DNA of 64,000 nt from an uncultured Ardenticatenaceae bacterium (GTDB lineage: Bacteria > Chloroflexota > Anaerolineae > Promineifilales > Promineifilaceae). Numbering within the stretch: the first letter of the stretch is position 1; every line of letters starts with the position of its first letter. The DNA lies in contig CAZIKT010000001.1 in the NCBI GenBank assembly GCA_964539885.1, forward strand, positions 143,292-207,291. The letters run 5' to 3'. Positions 1-10,102 of the stretch are shown in pieces. Position numbers and translations under genes: made by a program. Below the pieces are notes generated by a model that saw nothing but the letters and a program-made list of their open reading frames with translations, had not been told where the DNA came from and did no database searches.

Positions 1-386
1 ACACACGTGACGACGCTATCCTCGGCCTGCTCACCGGCAACAGCGAGGCGACGGCTCCCCTCAAGCTTTTGTCCGCCGGAATTCGGCCTGACTTCTTTCG
101 CATTGGCGCGTACGGCTCCGATCACGAGGACCGCAATCGGCTACTGCTTATCGCTATGTGCCGGGCGGAACAAGGTTCCGGTCACACGTTCAACGGGCGA
201 AACACGGTAGTTGTCGGAGACACGCCGGCCGATATCCAGTGCGCCCGCTCCGCCGGGGCCGGAGTCATTGCCGTGGCCAGCGGCTTCTATAGCTCCACTG
301 TCCTGGAGCAGCACCAGCCCGACCATCTGCTACCTGATCTGGCAGATGTGGACTATGTTATGTCTCTGTTGGTAGAGGCAGGGTAA
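1..386 (+). CDS. HAD-superfamily hydrolase, C-terminal part (5' end outside window)
   Basis: Frame 3 is open from the window edge (TRDDAILGLLTGNSE...). C-terminal HAD motif VVVGDTPADIQCARSAGAGVIAVASG. The listed start at 69 is an alternative-codon artefact. Confidence 0.7.
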   Translation, partial: TRDDAILGLLTGNSEATAPLKLLSAGIRPDFFRIGAYGSDHEDRNRLLLIAMCRAEQGSGHTFNGRNTVVVGDTPADIQCARSAGAGVIAVASGFYSSTVLEQHQPDHLLPDLADVDYVMSLLVEAG

Positions 387-464
387 CGGTGCGCGCCGCT
401 CAGTTGCCGACAACAATCACCGGGAATCGTCGGGGCAGACGGCCACCCCGCCGGCGAATGCAGA

Positions 465-1721
465 TCAGATCACCGTGTTGTCCGGCAGCACCGCGTTCTT
501 GGGCACAATGACGATACCGTCCTTGGCAACCCAGTTGTGTTCCTCCTGATCCGGACGATTGGGCAACATACGAATGATCACTCGCCTGCCGATACGCGCG
601 TTCTTGTCGATGATGGCGCCCTCAATCACGGAACCGGGGCCAATCCCAACATCGGGCCGCCCGAGTCGGCGGTTTTCCGCCTTATCTTTGTCCGTTTCGT
701 AATAGTCTGCGCCCATCAGCACGCTTCTGTGCAGCGTCACTCCCCTATTGACCACCGATCGCAACCCGACCACTGAGTAACGGATGGTAGCATCATACAC
801 GCGGCAGCCGTCCGCCATTAAGACATTGTGCATGTGGCCACCCTGCACAATCGAGCCCGGCAGAAAGCGGGGATGCGTGTAGATTGGCCGCTCCGGACTG
901 TAGAAGTCAAACGGAGGGTCCGGGGACGCCAGCTGCAGGCTGACTTCGTAAAAACGGCGGATCGTACCGATATCCTCCCAGAAGTCGTCAAAGACATAGC
1001 CCATGACGCGATGAGTGCTCATCGCCGCTGGAATCAGATCTCGACCGAAGTCGTCGCCTTCTGCCTCCAAGAGTTCCTTCAATACTTCCGTACGAAAGAT
1101 ATAGATGCCCATCGAGGCCATGAACGGCCGGTCGCTATCTGGAATACTCTCCAGACCGGCAAGCTGCTCATCGGTCTTCGGTTTTTCCACGAAACGTGAA
1201 ATGCGATAGTCAGCTCCAAGTTTCAGAATACCCAGATCGGAGGCGTCCTCCCGGCTGGCCGGCTGCACGGCAATGGTGACATCCGCCTCGCTGTCCAGAT
1301 GAAACTGGTGAAAGCGGCGGTAATCCATGCGGTACAGATGATCGCCGGCCAGCACCAGACAGAACTCGGCCTGGGCAGAGTCAATCTCGATCATCTGCTT
1401 ACGCACGGCGTCAGCCGTGCCCTGATACCAGTCCGTATGGGCCGGCGTTTGCTCAGCTGCCAGTATTTGCACCCACCCCTGGGCAAACACATCTCGAGTA
1501 TAAGTCTTGTAAAGGTGTCGGTGAAGTGAAGCGGAGTTGAACTGGGTGAGGATGGCGATTTTCTCAATGCCGGCATGAAAGCAATTGCTCATGGGAATGT
1601 CGATCAGCCGGTACTTTCCGCCCAGCGGCACAGCCGGCTTGGCCCGATCGCGCGTTAGTGGGTGTAAGCGCGTGCCGGCGCCGCCCCCAAGTATGATAGC
1701 CAGTACGTTTTTCATGCTCAT
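465..1721 (-). CDS. glgC: glucose-1-phosphate adenylyltransferase
   Basis: N-terminal LAIILGGGAGTRLHPLTRDRAKPAVPLGGKYRLIDIPMSNC signature and a left-handed beta-helix C-terminal region; 418 aa is the typical length. Confidence 0.95.
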   Translation of the reverse strand: MSMKNVLAIILGGGAGTRLHPLTRDRAKPAVPLGGKYRLIDIPMSNCFHAGIEKIAILTQFNSASLHRHLYKTYTRDVFAQGWVQILAAEQTPAHTDWYQGTADAVRKQMIEIDSAQAEFCLVLAGDHLYRMDYRRFHQFHLDSEADVTIAVQPASREDASDLGILKLGADYRISRFVEKPKTDEQLAGLESIPDSDRPFMASMGIYIFRTEVLKELLEAEGDDFGRDLIPAAMSTHRVMGYVFDDFWEDIGTIRRFYEVSLQLASPDPPFDFYSPERPIYTHPRFLPGSIVQGGHMHNVLMADGCRVYDATIRYSVVGLRSVVNRGVTLHRSVLMGADYYETDKDKAENRRLGRPDVGIGPGSVIEGAIIDKNARIGRRVIIRMLPNRPDQEEHNWVAKDGIVIVPKNAVLPDNTVI

Positions 1722-1851
1722 TAGAACCCCTTTGGTAGGTAGTCGGAAACCGCCTTCTCCCTTCCTCGTCCAGTATTATACGCCGTTACTCGGGCAATCA
1801 AAAATCGCTCCCGGCTACCCGGGCCCGGACATACATGTTAAGATCAGCCCC

Positions 1852-2286
1852 ATGAGTCGAGTCATCAATACAAACAGTCCTGGTAAGCTTCGCAATCAAC
1901 AGCGAAGAGTCATCGCCGAACTACTCCGCAACCTCGGCCAAAAGGTGCGGATAGATAGTGAGGCGCAAGATATGGTAGCGACAATCGTGGTCAATTTGCT
2001 TGAGATCTGGGACGGCGTGGATCAGACCGCGCAAGCCTGGGAGAAGCGCGGTTACTGGATGAAGGCCGAGCGCTTCTTGCGCGATTGGGAATGGACTAAA
2101 GAGCTGGCCGCCAATCTCGATGACGTCATCCGGCACCAGGCCTGGGACCTGGTTCCCGAGCTGCTAGCTGCGCTGTTCCCCCGCTTTGCTGATGTGGAGA
2201 TCAAGCGCAGCATGGTCAGGCCGTCAATTTGGCAGGGCGCACACGAGCGACTGCTGGCCACACCTCCGCTCGAGTTACCCTATTAG
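1852..2286 (+). CDS. hypothetical protein (144 aa)
   Basis: ATG at 1852 within the 1585..2286 ORF. The upstream part of that ORF overlaps glgC antisense and looks non-coding. No family recognised. Confidence 0.5.
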   Translation: MSRVINTNSPGKLRNQQRRVIAELLRNLGQKVRIDSEAQDMVATIVVNLLEIWDGVDQTAQAWEKRGYWMKAERFLRDWEWTKELAANLDDVIRHQAWDLVPELLAALFPRFADVEIKRSMVRPSIWQGAHERLLATPPLELPY

Positions 2287-2288
2287 CC

Positions 2289-3269
2289 GTGCGCCAATCT
2301 GTCTCTTTACTACTTCTTGTGGCCTTTATCATGGCGGGCTGCAGCCAGCAGGTGGAGGCCCCCGCTCCTGCCGTATCGATACTTCCCCAAACCGAAGCCC
2401 TGGACGCCGGCCTTACAGCGGACAGGAGCACGGGTGTGACGGAAATCGATGCCAACAACGAGTCCGTTGTACTGAAGCTGCCACCGTTTGTTCCCGTGCC
2501 CGGCATCGCCCCCAGCCCAGCCCCTTGCCGCTTGGAAGGTCGTGTAGTCGCCTCCAGTTTTCTAAGCGACATCGCCGGCGACCAACTCGACTACCGCATC
2601 TACCTGCCCCCCTGTTATGGTCTCGATGGACACGCCTATCCGACGCTGTACATCTTCGCCGGAAACATCCATGACGAGAACTTTTGGGACATGGCCGGCC
2701 TGGACGAAGCCGCTGAGCAGGCGATCAGGGTCGGCCGGATTCCACCGATGCTGATTGTGATGCCGGACGGCGGGTATATGGCCAACAATACCTCAGGTGG
2801 ACCCTATTCTTACGAAGGCATCATTCTGGATGAGTTGATTCCGCATATTGAAGAGAACTATTGCTCGTGGCGTGCACCTGAGGGACGCGCCATAGGCGGC
2901 CTGTCGCGGGGCGGATACTGGGCGTTGGAGATAGCCTTTCGTAACCCGGAGTTATTTGCTGGCGTGGGCGGGCATAGCGCGTCTTTGCTCGACTATGGGG
3001 CCGGCCCGGACATGGCTCCACGGTCAACAGGCGTCTCCAATCAGCTGGGCGACCTGCGAATCTACCTGGATATCGGGCAAAACGACTGGCTACGCTATGA
3101 TTTGGAGGAGCTACACAACGCTTTGGAAGCGGCAAACATCGAGCACATTTGGCATCTTAACGACGGTGAGCATGTCGACGCATACTGGGTCGAGCACGCC
3201 GCCGAGTATTTGCGCTGGTATGGCTCCCTGTGGTCTACTGAGAGAACGGATATCCCGGTCTGTCAGTAG
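2289..3269 (+). CDS. putative esterase-family alpha/beta hydrolase lipoprotein
   Basis: A GTG at 2289 gives the signal MRQSVSLLLLVAFIMAGC (lipobox MAGC). Nucleophile elbow GGLSRGGYWALE; esterase D / enterochelin-esterase-like layout. The ORF is listed from a TTG at 2229. Confidence 0.75.
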   Translation: MRQSVSLLLLVAFIMAGCSQQVEAPAPAVSILPQTEALDAGLTADRSTGVTEIDANNESVVLKLPPFVPVPGIAPSPAPCRLEGRVVASSFLSDIAGDQLDYRIYLPPCYGLDGHAYPTLYIFAGNIHDENFWDMAGLDEAAEQAIRVGRIPPMLIVMPDGGYMANNTSGGPYSYEGIILDELIPHIEENYCSWRAPEGRAIGGLSRGGYWALEIAFRNPELFAGVGGHSASLLDYGAGPDMAPRSTGVSNQLGDLRIYLDIGQNDWLRYDLEELHNALEAANIEHIWHLNDGEHVDAYWVEHAAEYLRWYGSLWSTERTDIPVCQ

Positions 3270-3292
3270 GGCACGCAGGCACTAGACAGTTC

Positions 3293-3913
3293 TTAGCCGG
3301 TCCCAAACTGGCGGTCTCCGGCGTCGCCCAGGCCGGGCACAATATAGCCGATATCATTCAGCCGCTCGTCGATCTTCGCGACGTATACGGGTATATCGGG
3401 ATGCACCTGTTGCAGGCGTTCGATGCCTTCCGGCGCTGCCAATATCGCAATCATGATGATGTGATTGGCGCCCCACTTCTTAAGCTGATCGGCAGCCGCT
3501 ACCGCTGACCCGCCGGTGGCCAACATGGGGTCTAGAATCAAGCAAACGTCTACAGTGGGGCTGGTGGGCAACTTGTTGTAGTAAAAGACCGGCTTGAGCG
3601 TCTCCTCATCACGGTACAAACCAATGTGCCACACTTCCGCGCTGGGCATCATCTCCCAGATTCCGTCGACCATTCCCAATCCGGCGCGCAGGATCGGCAC
3701 CAGGCCAATCTTTTCGTTCAGCACGTACCCTTCTGCCTCTCCCATTGGGGTCAATACGGGTCGGCTGCGCACTTTTAGGTTTGCGGTAGCCTCATAAGCC
3801 AGGAGCATGGCCAGTTCACGGATCAGTTCGCGGAACTTCTTCGGTTCCGTTGTGATGTCTCGCAACAGAGTCAATTTGTGCTTCACCAGCGGGTGAGTGG
3901 ACTCATAGATCAT
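3293..3913 (-). CDS. upp: uracil phosphoribosyltransferase
   Basis: [14 protein letters not shown]-terminus, PRPP-binding loop [13 protein letters not shown]-terminal [12 protein letters not shown]. Confidence 0.95.
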   Translation of the reverse strand: MIYESTHPLVKHKLTLLRDITTEPKKFRELIRELAMLLAYEATANLKVRSRPVLTPMGEAEGYVLNEKIGLVPILRAGLGMVDGIWEMMPSAEVWHIGLYRDEETLKPVFYYNKLPTSPTVDVCLILDPMLATGGSAVAAADQLKKWGANHIIMIAILAAPEGIERLQQVHPDIPVYVAKIDERLNDIGYIVPGLGDAGDRQFGTG

Positions 3914-3924
3914 TGTTTTCCCTC

Positions 3925-5067
3925 CTAAGTAATCAGCATGGCATCGCCAAACGAGTAAAAGCGATACTCTGCCGCAATGGCTTCTGCATAGGCTTGCATC
4001 AGCAATTTCCGGCCAGCGAACGCGGAGACCATCATCAGCAACGATGAGCGCGGCAGGTGGAAATTCGTTATGAGGGCGTCCACCACCCGATATCTATAGC
4101 CGGGAAAGACATACAGATCCGTCCGTCCGCTAAAGGCCGACACCGGCCGCCAGGGACAATAGTCGCTCTCCAGGCCCTCCGCGTCTTTGGCGCTGACCTC
4201 GCGCAGGCTGCCGGTAATGCCGGCGGAGCGCAGAGCGGCGGTCTCCAGCACACGTGCTGTGGTCGTGCCCACTGCTACCAGCCGGCCTCCACTCAGCTTG
4301 GCCTCGTTGATTCGGCGCGCCGCCTCTGGTGTAAGCTCCGCCCATTCACTGTGAATCGTGTGCTCTTCGACCTCCCATGTCTCCACCGGCTTGAAGGTGT
4401 CCAGCCCCACATGCAGCGTACACCATTCCAAGATCACTCCGTTGATGCGAAGCTGCATCAGCAGCTCATCGGTGAAATGTAACCCGGCTGTCGGAGCGGC
4501 TGCCGAACCTTCAGATTGTGCGAAGACCGTCTGGTAGCGCTCCGGATCCTTCAGCTCATAGTGGATATAAGGCGGTAGCGGCACATTTCCCAGCCGCTCC
4601 AGAAATGAAGCGGTTGGTTGAGAAAAGACCACCTCTCGCGCCGACCCGCCGAGGTCGGCCGTCACCTCGCATGACACATCGGCCGGTCGGCCCGATTTGT
4701 CATGCAACAGTAACTTACTCCCCGGCGCGATTCGCTTTCCGCCTACTATGACCTTCCACGTGCGCTCGTTCAACGCTTCCAGCAGCAGTAGCTCAACCTG
4801 TCCACCACCCGGCACCTTGCGGCCAAATAGGCGGGCCGGAATTACCCGGCTCCGGTTCGCCACCAGGATGTCGCCGGGATGGAGCAATTCCAACAGGTCG
4901 CGGAAATCACGATGAAAGACTGAACCGTCCCTTCGATCCAAATGCAATAGACGAGCATTGTCTCGGCGCTCTAAGGGCTCTTGAGCAATGCGTTCCTCGG
5001 GCAGGACGTAGTCAAAGTCACTCGTGCGCATGTCCCGGAGTATAAGTCCCTCGCTGGGCGCAGACAA
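3925..5067 (-). CDS. queA: S-adenosylmethionine:tRNA ribosyltransferase-isomerase
   Basis: [27 protein letters not shown]-terminus, [10 protein letters not shown]-like core ([14 protein letters not shown]), C-terminal [10 protein letters not shown]. Confidence 0.95.
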   Translation of the reverse strand: MSAPSEGLILRDMRTSDFDYVLPEERIAQEPLERRDNARLLHLDRRDGSVFHRDFRDLLELLHPGDILVANRSRVIPARLFGRKVPGGGQVELLLLEALNERTWKVIVGGKRIAPGSKLLLHDKSGRPADVSCEVTADLGGSAREVVFSQPTASFLERLGNVPLPPYIHYELKDPERYQTVFAQSEGSAAAPTAGLHFTDELLMQLRINGVILEWCTLHVGLDTFKPVETWEVEEHTIHSEWAELTPEAARRINEAKLSGGRLVAVGTTTARVLETAALRSAGITGSLREVSAKDAEGLESDYCPWRPVSAFSGRTDLYVFPGYRYRVVDALITNFHLPRSSLLMMVSAFAGRKLLMQAYAEAIAAEYRFYSFGDAMLIT

Positions 5068-5302
5068 GGATAATAATGTGGCCTCATTGCCTGGATACTG
5101 GACCAGTCTCGAAAACTCGGCGAACTGCGTGTTCCCCCAAGACTGCTCCAGCCAACCGCAGATAGAGAGCCGCTGCTCTAACAGCTTTCCAATGGCAGTC
5201 GCTGGAGAATTTCGCTATCATTGAGGCCGACGCGGAAAAGAGGACCCTGCTCCGGTTACACTAGGTGGGCGCGCTTGCGGTCTCTACTCAAACAGGTTGT
5301 CT

Positions 5303-5644
5303 ATGCGAACTCCGGCCGGCACTGAGTGCCGTTTTTATTACGAGGATTATCATCGAGGCCATGAGACTCAGGAATGTCGTCTCATCCAGGGTAATGTCAA
5401 CTCGCCCCCCTGGCGAGAAAAGGATTGCTCTAACTGCCCGGTGCCGGAGATTCTGCAGGCAAACAACAGCCCTAACCTGGTATTGGAGGCGACGGTGAAG
5501 AAAGGCGTACTTGGGATAGGGCGCAAGATTGAGGTAAACGCCTTCTGCAGCCGACATCTCGTCGAAGTGCCCAATCCGATTGTTGGCTGTCGGGAGTGCG
5601 CTCGCGAGCGTCCGGGCCTCGAAGAGTTATTTGGGGGACGATGA
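5303..5644 (+). CDS. small Cys-rich hypothetical protein
   Basis: Seven Cys arranged as CX15C, CX2C (CSNC) and CX2C (CREC). The stop TGA (5642-5644) overlaps the ATG (5641) of the next gene. The ORF is listed from a TTG at 5297; the first ATG is at 5303. Confidence 0.5.
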   Translation: MRTPAGTECRFYYEDYHRGHETQECRLIQGNVNSPPWREKDCSNCPVPEILQANNSPNLVLEATVKKGVLGIGRKIEVNAFCSRHLVEVPNPIVGCRECARERPGLEELFGGR

Positions 5645-6399
5645 TGACTGCTCGCTTCGATGCCGCCAAGTCGTACAGCGCCATCCTGTTTGACCTTGAT
5701 GATACACTGTTACACAATCCTGTTGATCGGTTTATGCGTGCGTATCTCGATCAACTGGCGGAGTACGCCAGTCCGCTTTTTGCCGACAAGTATTCTTTCT
5801 GGGCCGAATTGATGCGCTGTACACAGCAAATGATTGTCAACAACGATCGCTCCGTCACGAACCGCGAGGTTTTCTGGCGCTGTTTCACAGAACGAACCCA
5901 GCTTGACGTTGCCGAGACCGAGGCATTTTTCGCGATCTTCTACCGTGATCACTTCCCCAGGCTGCGGGCTGTGACAAGCAGTAAGCCGGCGGCAGCGCCA
6001 CTGGTGCGCACTTGTCTGGCCCAGGGGGCAAGAGTGGTCATCGCTACCAACCCGCTCTTCCCGCTGCCGGCCATACGGCACCGCCTTGCCTGGGCCGGCG
6101 TACCGGCCGATGAATTCGCGTACTCGCTGGTGACGTCATATGAATACATGCATTCGGCGAAACCACAGGCTGCTTACTATGACGAAATCCTAACCGTGGT
6201 GCGGGCCGCGCCGAATTCCGCGATAATGATTGGGGACGAGTGGCAGAACGACATCGTGCCGGCGCGCCAGGCGGGTCTGGACGCATTTTGGGTCACAGAA
6301 GACGGCAGTGATCCGCCGGACCCGGATATGCTGGTGGGCTGGGGCCCGCTTAACGCCTGTCGGGAATTTCTGTTCCCCATAGCGGCATCAGCACAGTAA
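5641..6399 (+). CDS. HAD-superfamily hydrolase
   Basis: Motif I ILFDLDDTLL directly after the ATG at 5641; motif IV MIGDEWQNDI. An ATGA overlap couples it to the upstream ORF. Confidence 0.8.
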   Translation: MMTARFDAAKSYSAILFDLDDTLLHNPVDRFMRAYLDQLAEYASPLFADKYSFWAELMRCTQQMIVNNDRSVTNREVFWRCFTERTQLDVAETEAFFAIFYRDHFPRLRAVTSSKPAAAPLVRTCLAQGARVVIATNPLFPLPAIRHRLAWAGVPADEFAYSLVTSYEYMHSAKPQAAYYDEILTVVRAAPNSAIMIGDEWQNDIVPARQAGLDAFWVTEDGSDPPDPDMLVGWGPLNACREFLFPIAASAQ

Positions 6400-6414
6400 C
6401 CATCGAACGCACTG

Positions 6415-6885
6415 ATGCAGGATCCTCCGCCAGTAGAAGTCTTGCTTGAGCAATTCGCGGCGTTTGCCCGTCGTCTGGCCCATGCGCTGGCGGACCCGGC
6501 CATCGACTGGCAGTGTCGACCGGCAGCCGGCGAATGGTGCCTGACTGAAGTTGCCTGTCATCTGCGCGACGTAGAACGCGAGGTTCACCAGTCTCGCTTC
6601 CGGGCCCTGATCGCCAACGATAACGCTTTCTTATCCGGCGCAGTCGCCGATTCTTGGGTGGAGGAGCGCAATTACCGCGCGCAGAGCGGCCCAAAGGCTC
6701 TGGCCGAGTTCCTCAGCGCGCGCGAAGAATCGATCATCCTGTTGTCCGACCTTGAGCAGCGCTATTGGCAACGCAGGGGACAGCATACCTTCTTCGGGCC
6801 AACCACCATGCACGAGCTGCTCAATCTGGCAGTACAACACGATGCGGCCCATTGGGACCAGGTCCAGGAATTGCTTGCTCTGTAG
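6415..6885 (+). CDS. DinB-family protein
   Basis: Four-helix-bundle-like pattern with conserved His (CHLRDVERE ... HDAAHWDQV), typical of DinB_2. Confidence 0.7.
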   Translation: MQDPPPVEVLLEQFAAFARRLAHALADPAIDWQCRPAAGEWCLTEVACHLRDVEREVHQSRFRALIANDNAFLSGAVADSWVEERNYRAQSGPKALAEFLSAREESIILLSDLEQRYWQRRGQHTFFGPTTMHELLNLAVQHDAAHWDQVQELLAL

Positions 6886-6904
6886 CTGTCGAGCCGGCTC
6901 AACC

Positions 6905-7552
6905 TCAGCAAGTCGATGGCTGCGCCCGCCGGTATTCGGTGAAAACAGTCAGCCAGCTGTCGTGCGGCGGGGACAACGGCGGCAAGTCGTTCAGAGGCGC
7001 CCAGAAGAGGGTAAAGAGGTGGTTGTCCACGGACACCTGCCAGTGGGAGTCTGACGGGGCGTCATGGGTCAGGTGGTAAAAGCGCCTAATAATCCTCTGG
7101 GTACAGTGCACTTCAGAGATCCAGCCGGCAATCTCCATCGTCACGTATTGCGGATCGGGGAAGCGGTCGTACTCACGATAGCGCACCTGCGCGTAGCCGG
7201 CGCTCTGTCTACCGGTCCGCTCTACCACCAACCCGCGGGGAAATGACGCCCACTGGAAACTGCCGGGGTCCGGCCGGGCGAACACCGGCGCGGGAGTGTA
7301 CAAAGCTGACAGGTCGGTCGGCAGTCGGTCCTCTTGCGTGTGGATCAAGCTCAGTAGCCTGGCCTGAGCCAGTCCGGTCTCCTCGCTCACTTCACGCCGC
7401 ACCGCTTTCTCGCTGGTCTCGCCCGGCTCTACGGTGCCGGCCGGAAATTGATTGCCGGCATAGGGGTGGCGGAGGAGCAACAATTGGTCTCCTCTCGGAA
7501 CTTGGCGAGTGATGAAGGCGGTCACTTTTTCCAGCGGCGGCGACTCATTCAC
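6905..7552 (-). CDS. NUDIX hydrolase
   Basis: Nudix box GNQFPAGTVEPGETSEKAVRREVSEETGL. The GTG at 7552 is preceded by AAAGGGAGAG (RBS). The longer ORF up to 7663 is probably an over-extension. Confidence 0.8.
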   Translation of the reverse strand: MNESPPLEKVTAFITRQVPRGDQLLLLRHPYAGNQFPAGTVEPGETSEKAVRREVSEETGLAQARLLSLIHTQEDRLPTDLSALYTPAPVFARPDPGSFQWASFPRGLVVERTGRQSAGYAQVRYREYDRFPDPQYVTMEIAGWISEVHCTQRIIRRFYHLTHDAPSDSHWQVSVDNHLFTLFWAPLNDLPPLSPPHDSWLTVFTEYRRAQPSTC

Positions 7553-7757
7553 AATGGATCTCTCCCTTTCGCGATCAGAGACGGTTGTCACATTTGAAGT
7601 GCCAGTCAGCTGAGGCGTCGTCAGACAAAAACGCCCCGGACAGGAACACCCTGTCCGGGGCAAGAGTCAGGAGATCCACTCACCGCCGGTCGGCGGCGAG
7701 AAGGATACGATTTGATGGGCCTGTTCGATTGGCGAGCCGGTCGCGGTCGTCAATCAC

Positions 7758-8012
7758 TCAGGCGTTCTTGATCACAATCTCTTCGTCGGGATCAAAGGCC
7801 TGCGCCTTACCCACTGTGTCTTTTTCCTCGCTGGGCATCAGGATTGCCAGCAGCAAGTAGGCCAGTATGGCGTGTCCGGCGGAGACCAACCCGGCCACAA
7901 TGAACACAACGCGGACGATGATCGGATCTATGTTGAAGTACCGGGCTATGCCGGCGGCTACACCGAGAAAAATACGGTCACTTTTCGCACGGACCAGTCG
8001 CTTGCCACTCAT
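7758..8012 (-). CDS. PspC domain-containing membrane protein
   Basis: RLVRAKSDRIFLGVAAGIARYFNIDPIIVRVVFIV matches the PspC domain. The ATG at 8012 has a GGAGG RBS about 8 nt upstream. Confidence 0.75.
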   Translation of the reverse strand: MSGKRLVRAKSDRIFLGVAAGIARYFNIDPIIVRVVFIVAGLVSAGHAILAYLLLAILMPSEEKDTVGKAQAFDPDEEIVIKNA

Positions 8013-8229
8013 CTTTGCTAAACCTCCAACTATTGGCGAAACTTGAGCCTGTTCGCAACTTCGACAGAGCATGTCCCTCTTGAGAACTCATCGAACGGGT
8101 TAGTGCTCGCCTGTCGAAAACGGACCTATCCGATAATTCTACCTCCAATACGGAACACTGGAGCGATAGTTGCATGAATTTCTCAACCAGTTGCACCCAC
8201 AGTGAATCCCTGCCGGCGGCGCCAATCCG

Positions 8230-9063
8230 ATGAAGCTCGCCGTCCTGTCTGACATACACGGCAATCTGCCGGCGCTGCAGGCGGTTGCCGATCACATCGC
8301 CGGATGGATGCCCGACCGGGTCATTGTCAATGGTGACGTGGTGAATCGGGGTCCCCTACCCCTTGCGTGCTGGCAGTTTGTCGAGGACCGCGGCTGGACG
8401 GTATTGGCCGGCAATCATGAGCAGTACGTGCTCAACTGGCGAGATCGCGAGCAGACCTCAACGGAGGTGATCTACCAGTTCTATGAAAGCTCCCTCTGGA
8501 CCTTCCGCCAATTGGCCGGGAAAATCGATGCGCTGGCCCAATTGCCGACAGCGCTGCCGATCACTGCCGCAGACGGCAAGGAAATTAGGCTGACGCACGC
8601 TTCCATGCGTGGCCTTGAAGACGGTATCTATCCCGAGACCGGGGACGACGAACTGCGCAAACAGATCGCGCCGGCGCCGGCGATCTTCCTTACCGCTCAT
8701 ACACATAGACCGCTGGAGCGGATCGTAGACGATACGCTCGTCATCAACAGCGGTTCCGTCGGCTCGCCCTTTGACGGCGACGAGCGTGCCTGCTATCTGC
8801 AGTTGAGCCGGTATAGAAACGGCTGGCAAAGCCAGCTCATCAGGTTGGGTTATGATCGTGATCAGACACGCGAGCACTTTCACACATCGGGCTATTTGGA
8901 GGGCGGCGGCCCCCTGACGCGCATCATCCTGCAAGAATGGGAATTGGCTCGACCATCCATTCGCCGCTTCATCCAACGCTATGAGGCTGCCGTCCTTAGG
9001 GGTGAGATCGATTTGGGCCGGGCGGTTGCAAGCTTCTTAGATCAAGAACTTGCGGCAGGTTGA
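8230..9063 (+). CDS. metallophosphoesterase
   Basis: MKLAVLSDIHGN, GDVVNRG, GNHE and THASMRG-type calcineurin-like phosphoesterase motifs. Confidence 0.85.
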   Translation: MKLAVLSDIHGNLPALQAVADHIAGWMPDRVIVNGDVVNRGPLPLACWQFVEDRGWTVLAGNHEQYVLNWRDREQTSTEVIYQFYESSLWTFRQLAGKIDALAQLPTALPITAADGKEIRLTHASMRGLEDGIYPETGDDELRKQIAPAPAIFLTAHTHRPLERIVDDTLVINSGSVGSPFDGDERACYLQLSRYRNGWQSQLIRLGYDRDQTREHFHTSGYLEGGGPLTRIILQEWELARPSIRRFIQRYEAAVLRGEIDLGRAVASFLDQELAAG

Positions 9064-9087
9064 CAGGCACATGAATCCGCATATAAT
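9060..9087 (+). promoter_or_regulatory. candidate sigma-70-type promoter for the metal ABC operon
   Basis: TTGACA (9060-9065), 16-nt spacer, TATAAT (9082-9087), about 70 nt upstream of the ATG at 9158. The AGGAG RBS lies at about 9143. Confidence 0.5.
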
Positions 9088-9103
9088 TTAGGTGCGTCTA
9101 AAT
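9086..9103. promoter_or_regulatory. AT-rich palindrome overlapping the -10 box (candidate metalloregulator operator)
   Basis: ATTTAG-GTGCGT-CTAAAT: a perfect 6-bp inverted repeat with a 6-bp spacer. The left half contains TTAGGT, as in DtxR/IdeR-type half-sites. Confidence 0.35.
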
Positions 9104-9157
9104 AGTGACTGAGTTATACTTGATCCTGGATAGTTCACTGCAAGGAGCACTGTCAAC

Positions 9158-10102
9158 ATGACAAGGATTTCAACCCTGTTGCTGCTCATCGCGCTTGCCG
9201 CGATGACAGCAGCATGTAACGCGGCTGATGCCGGCAGCACTGAAGATCTGGCCGACCAGCCAATTCGAGTAGTCACAACCACCGGCATGATCACCGACAT
9301 CGCCGAAAACGTGGGCGGAGAGCGCGTAGATGTCACCGGCTTGATGGGGCCGGGCGTGGACCCACATCTCTATCGGGCGACGGAGGGCAATGTTTCAACG
9401 TTGCAAGCGGCGGACCTCATCCTGTACAACGGCCTGCACCTAGAGGCCCAATTGATCGGCATTTTCGAGCGGATGAACGATCAGGGAATCCGCACCAAGG
9501 CGGTCACTGACAATATCGAGCGCGATATCTTGCTGGCCCCACCGGAATTCGCCGGCAACTACGATCCCCATGTTTGGTTCGATGTCACGCTGTGGATGAG
9601 CGCCACCGAAGTAGTCCGGGACACCCTGGCAGAGCTTGACCCTGAGAACGCCGAGCTCTACCGGCAGAACGCCGATGTGTACCTGGCGGAGCTGGAAGAA
9701 CTGCACACCTACGTGCAGGAACAGGCGAGTCTCGTACCGGCGGCGAAGCGGGTGCTGGTTACGGCCCACGACGCGTTCAACTATTTCGGTCGGGCGTATG
9801 GCTTTGAGGTGCGCGGATTGCAGGGAATCAGCACCGAATCAGAAGCCGGTACTGCCGACGTGCAGGGGTTGGCCGATTTCATCGCCGAGCGGCAAATCCC
9901 GGCTATTTTCGTCGAATCCTCGGTTCCCCGGCGCAACATTGAGGCGGTGCAGGCCGCTGTTGAGGCGCAGGGCTTTCAGGTGGAAATCGGCGGCGAGCTG
10001 TTCTCGGATGCGATGGGCAATCCCGGCACTGCCGAAGGCACATACCAGGGCATGGTGCGGCATAACATCGACACTATTGTCGGCGCACTACTTGGCCAAT
10101 GA
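9158..10102 (+). CDS. metal (Mn/Zn/Fe) ABC transporter substrate-binding lipoprotein, TroA/ZnuA family
   Basis: Lipobox AAMTAAC. Cluster-9 binding-protein motifs ([40 protein letters not shown]). Confidence 0.9.
   Translation: MTRISTLLLLIALAAMTAACNAADAGSTEDLADQPIRVVTTTGMITDIAENVGGERVDVTGLMGPGVDPHLYRATEGNVSTLQAADLILYNGLHLEAQLIGIFERMNDQGIRTKAVTDNIERDILLAPPEFAGNYDPHVWFDVTLWMSATEVVRDTLAELDPENAELYRQNADVYLAELEELHTYVQEQASLVPAAKRVLVTAHDAFNYFGRAYGFEVRGLQGISTESEAGTADVQGLADFIAERQIPAIFVESSVPRRNIEAVQAAVEAQGFQVEIGGELFSDAMGNPGTAEGTYQGMVRHNIDTIVGALLGQ

Noticed and set aside
1585-1851. N-terminal extensions of listed ORFs: 1585..2286, 40172..43090, 44012..47644, 12041..13234, 14589..15128, 22326..23666, 25545..27821, 56932..57828, 60048..61433 and 6905..7663.
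   Set aside because: The extended parts overlap neighbouring genes or look like translated non-coding DNA. Internal ATG or GTG codons with Shine-Dalgarno-like sequences and sensible N-termini (signal peptides, conserved family starts) were preferred.
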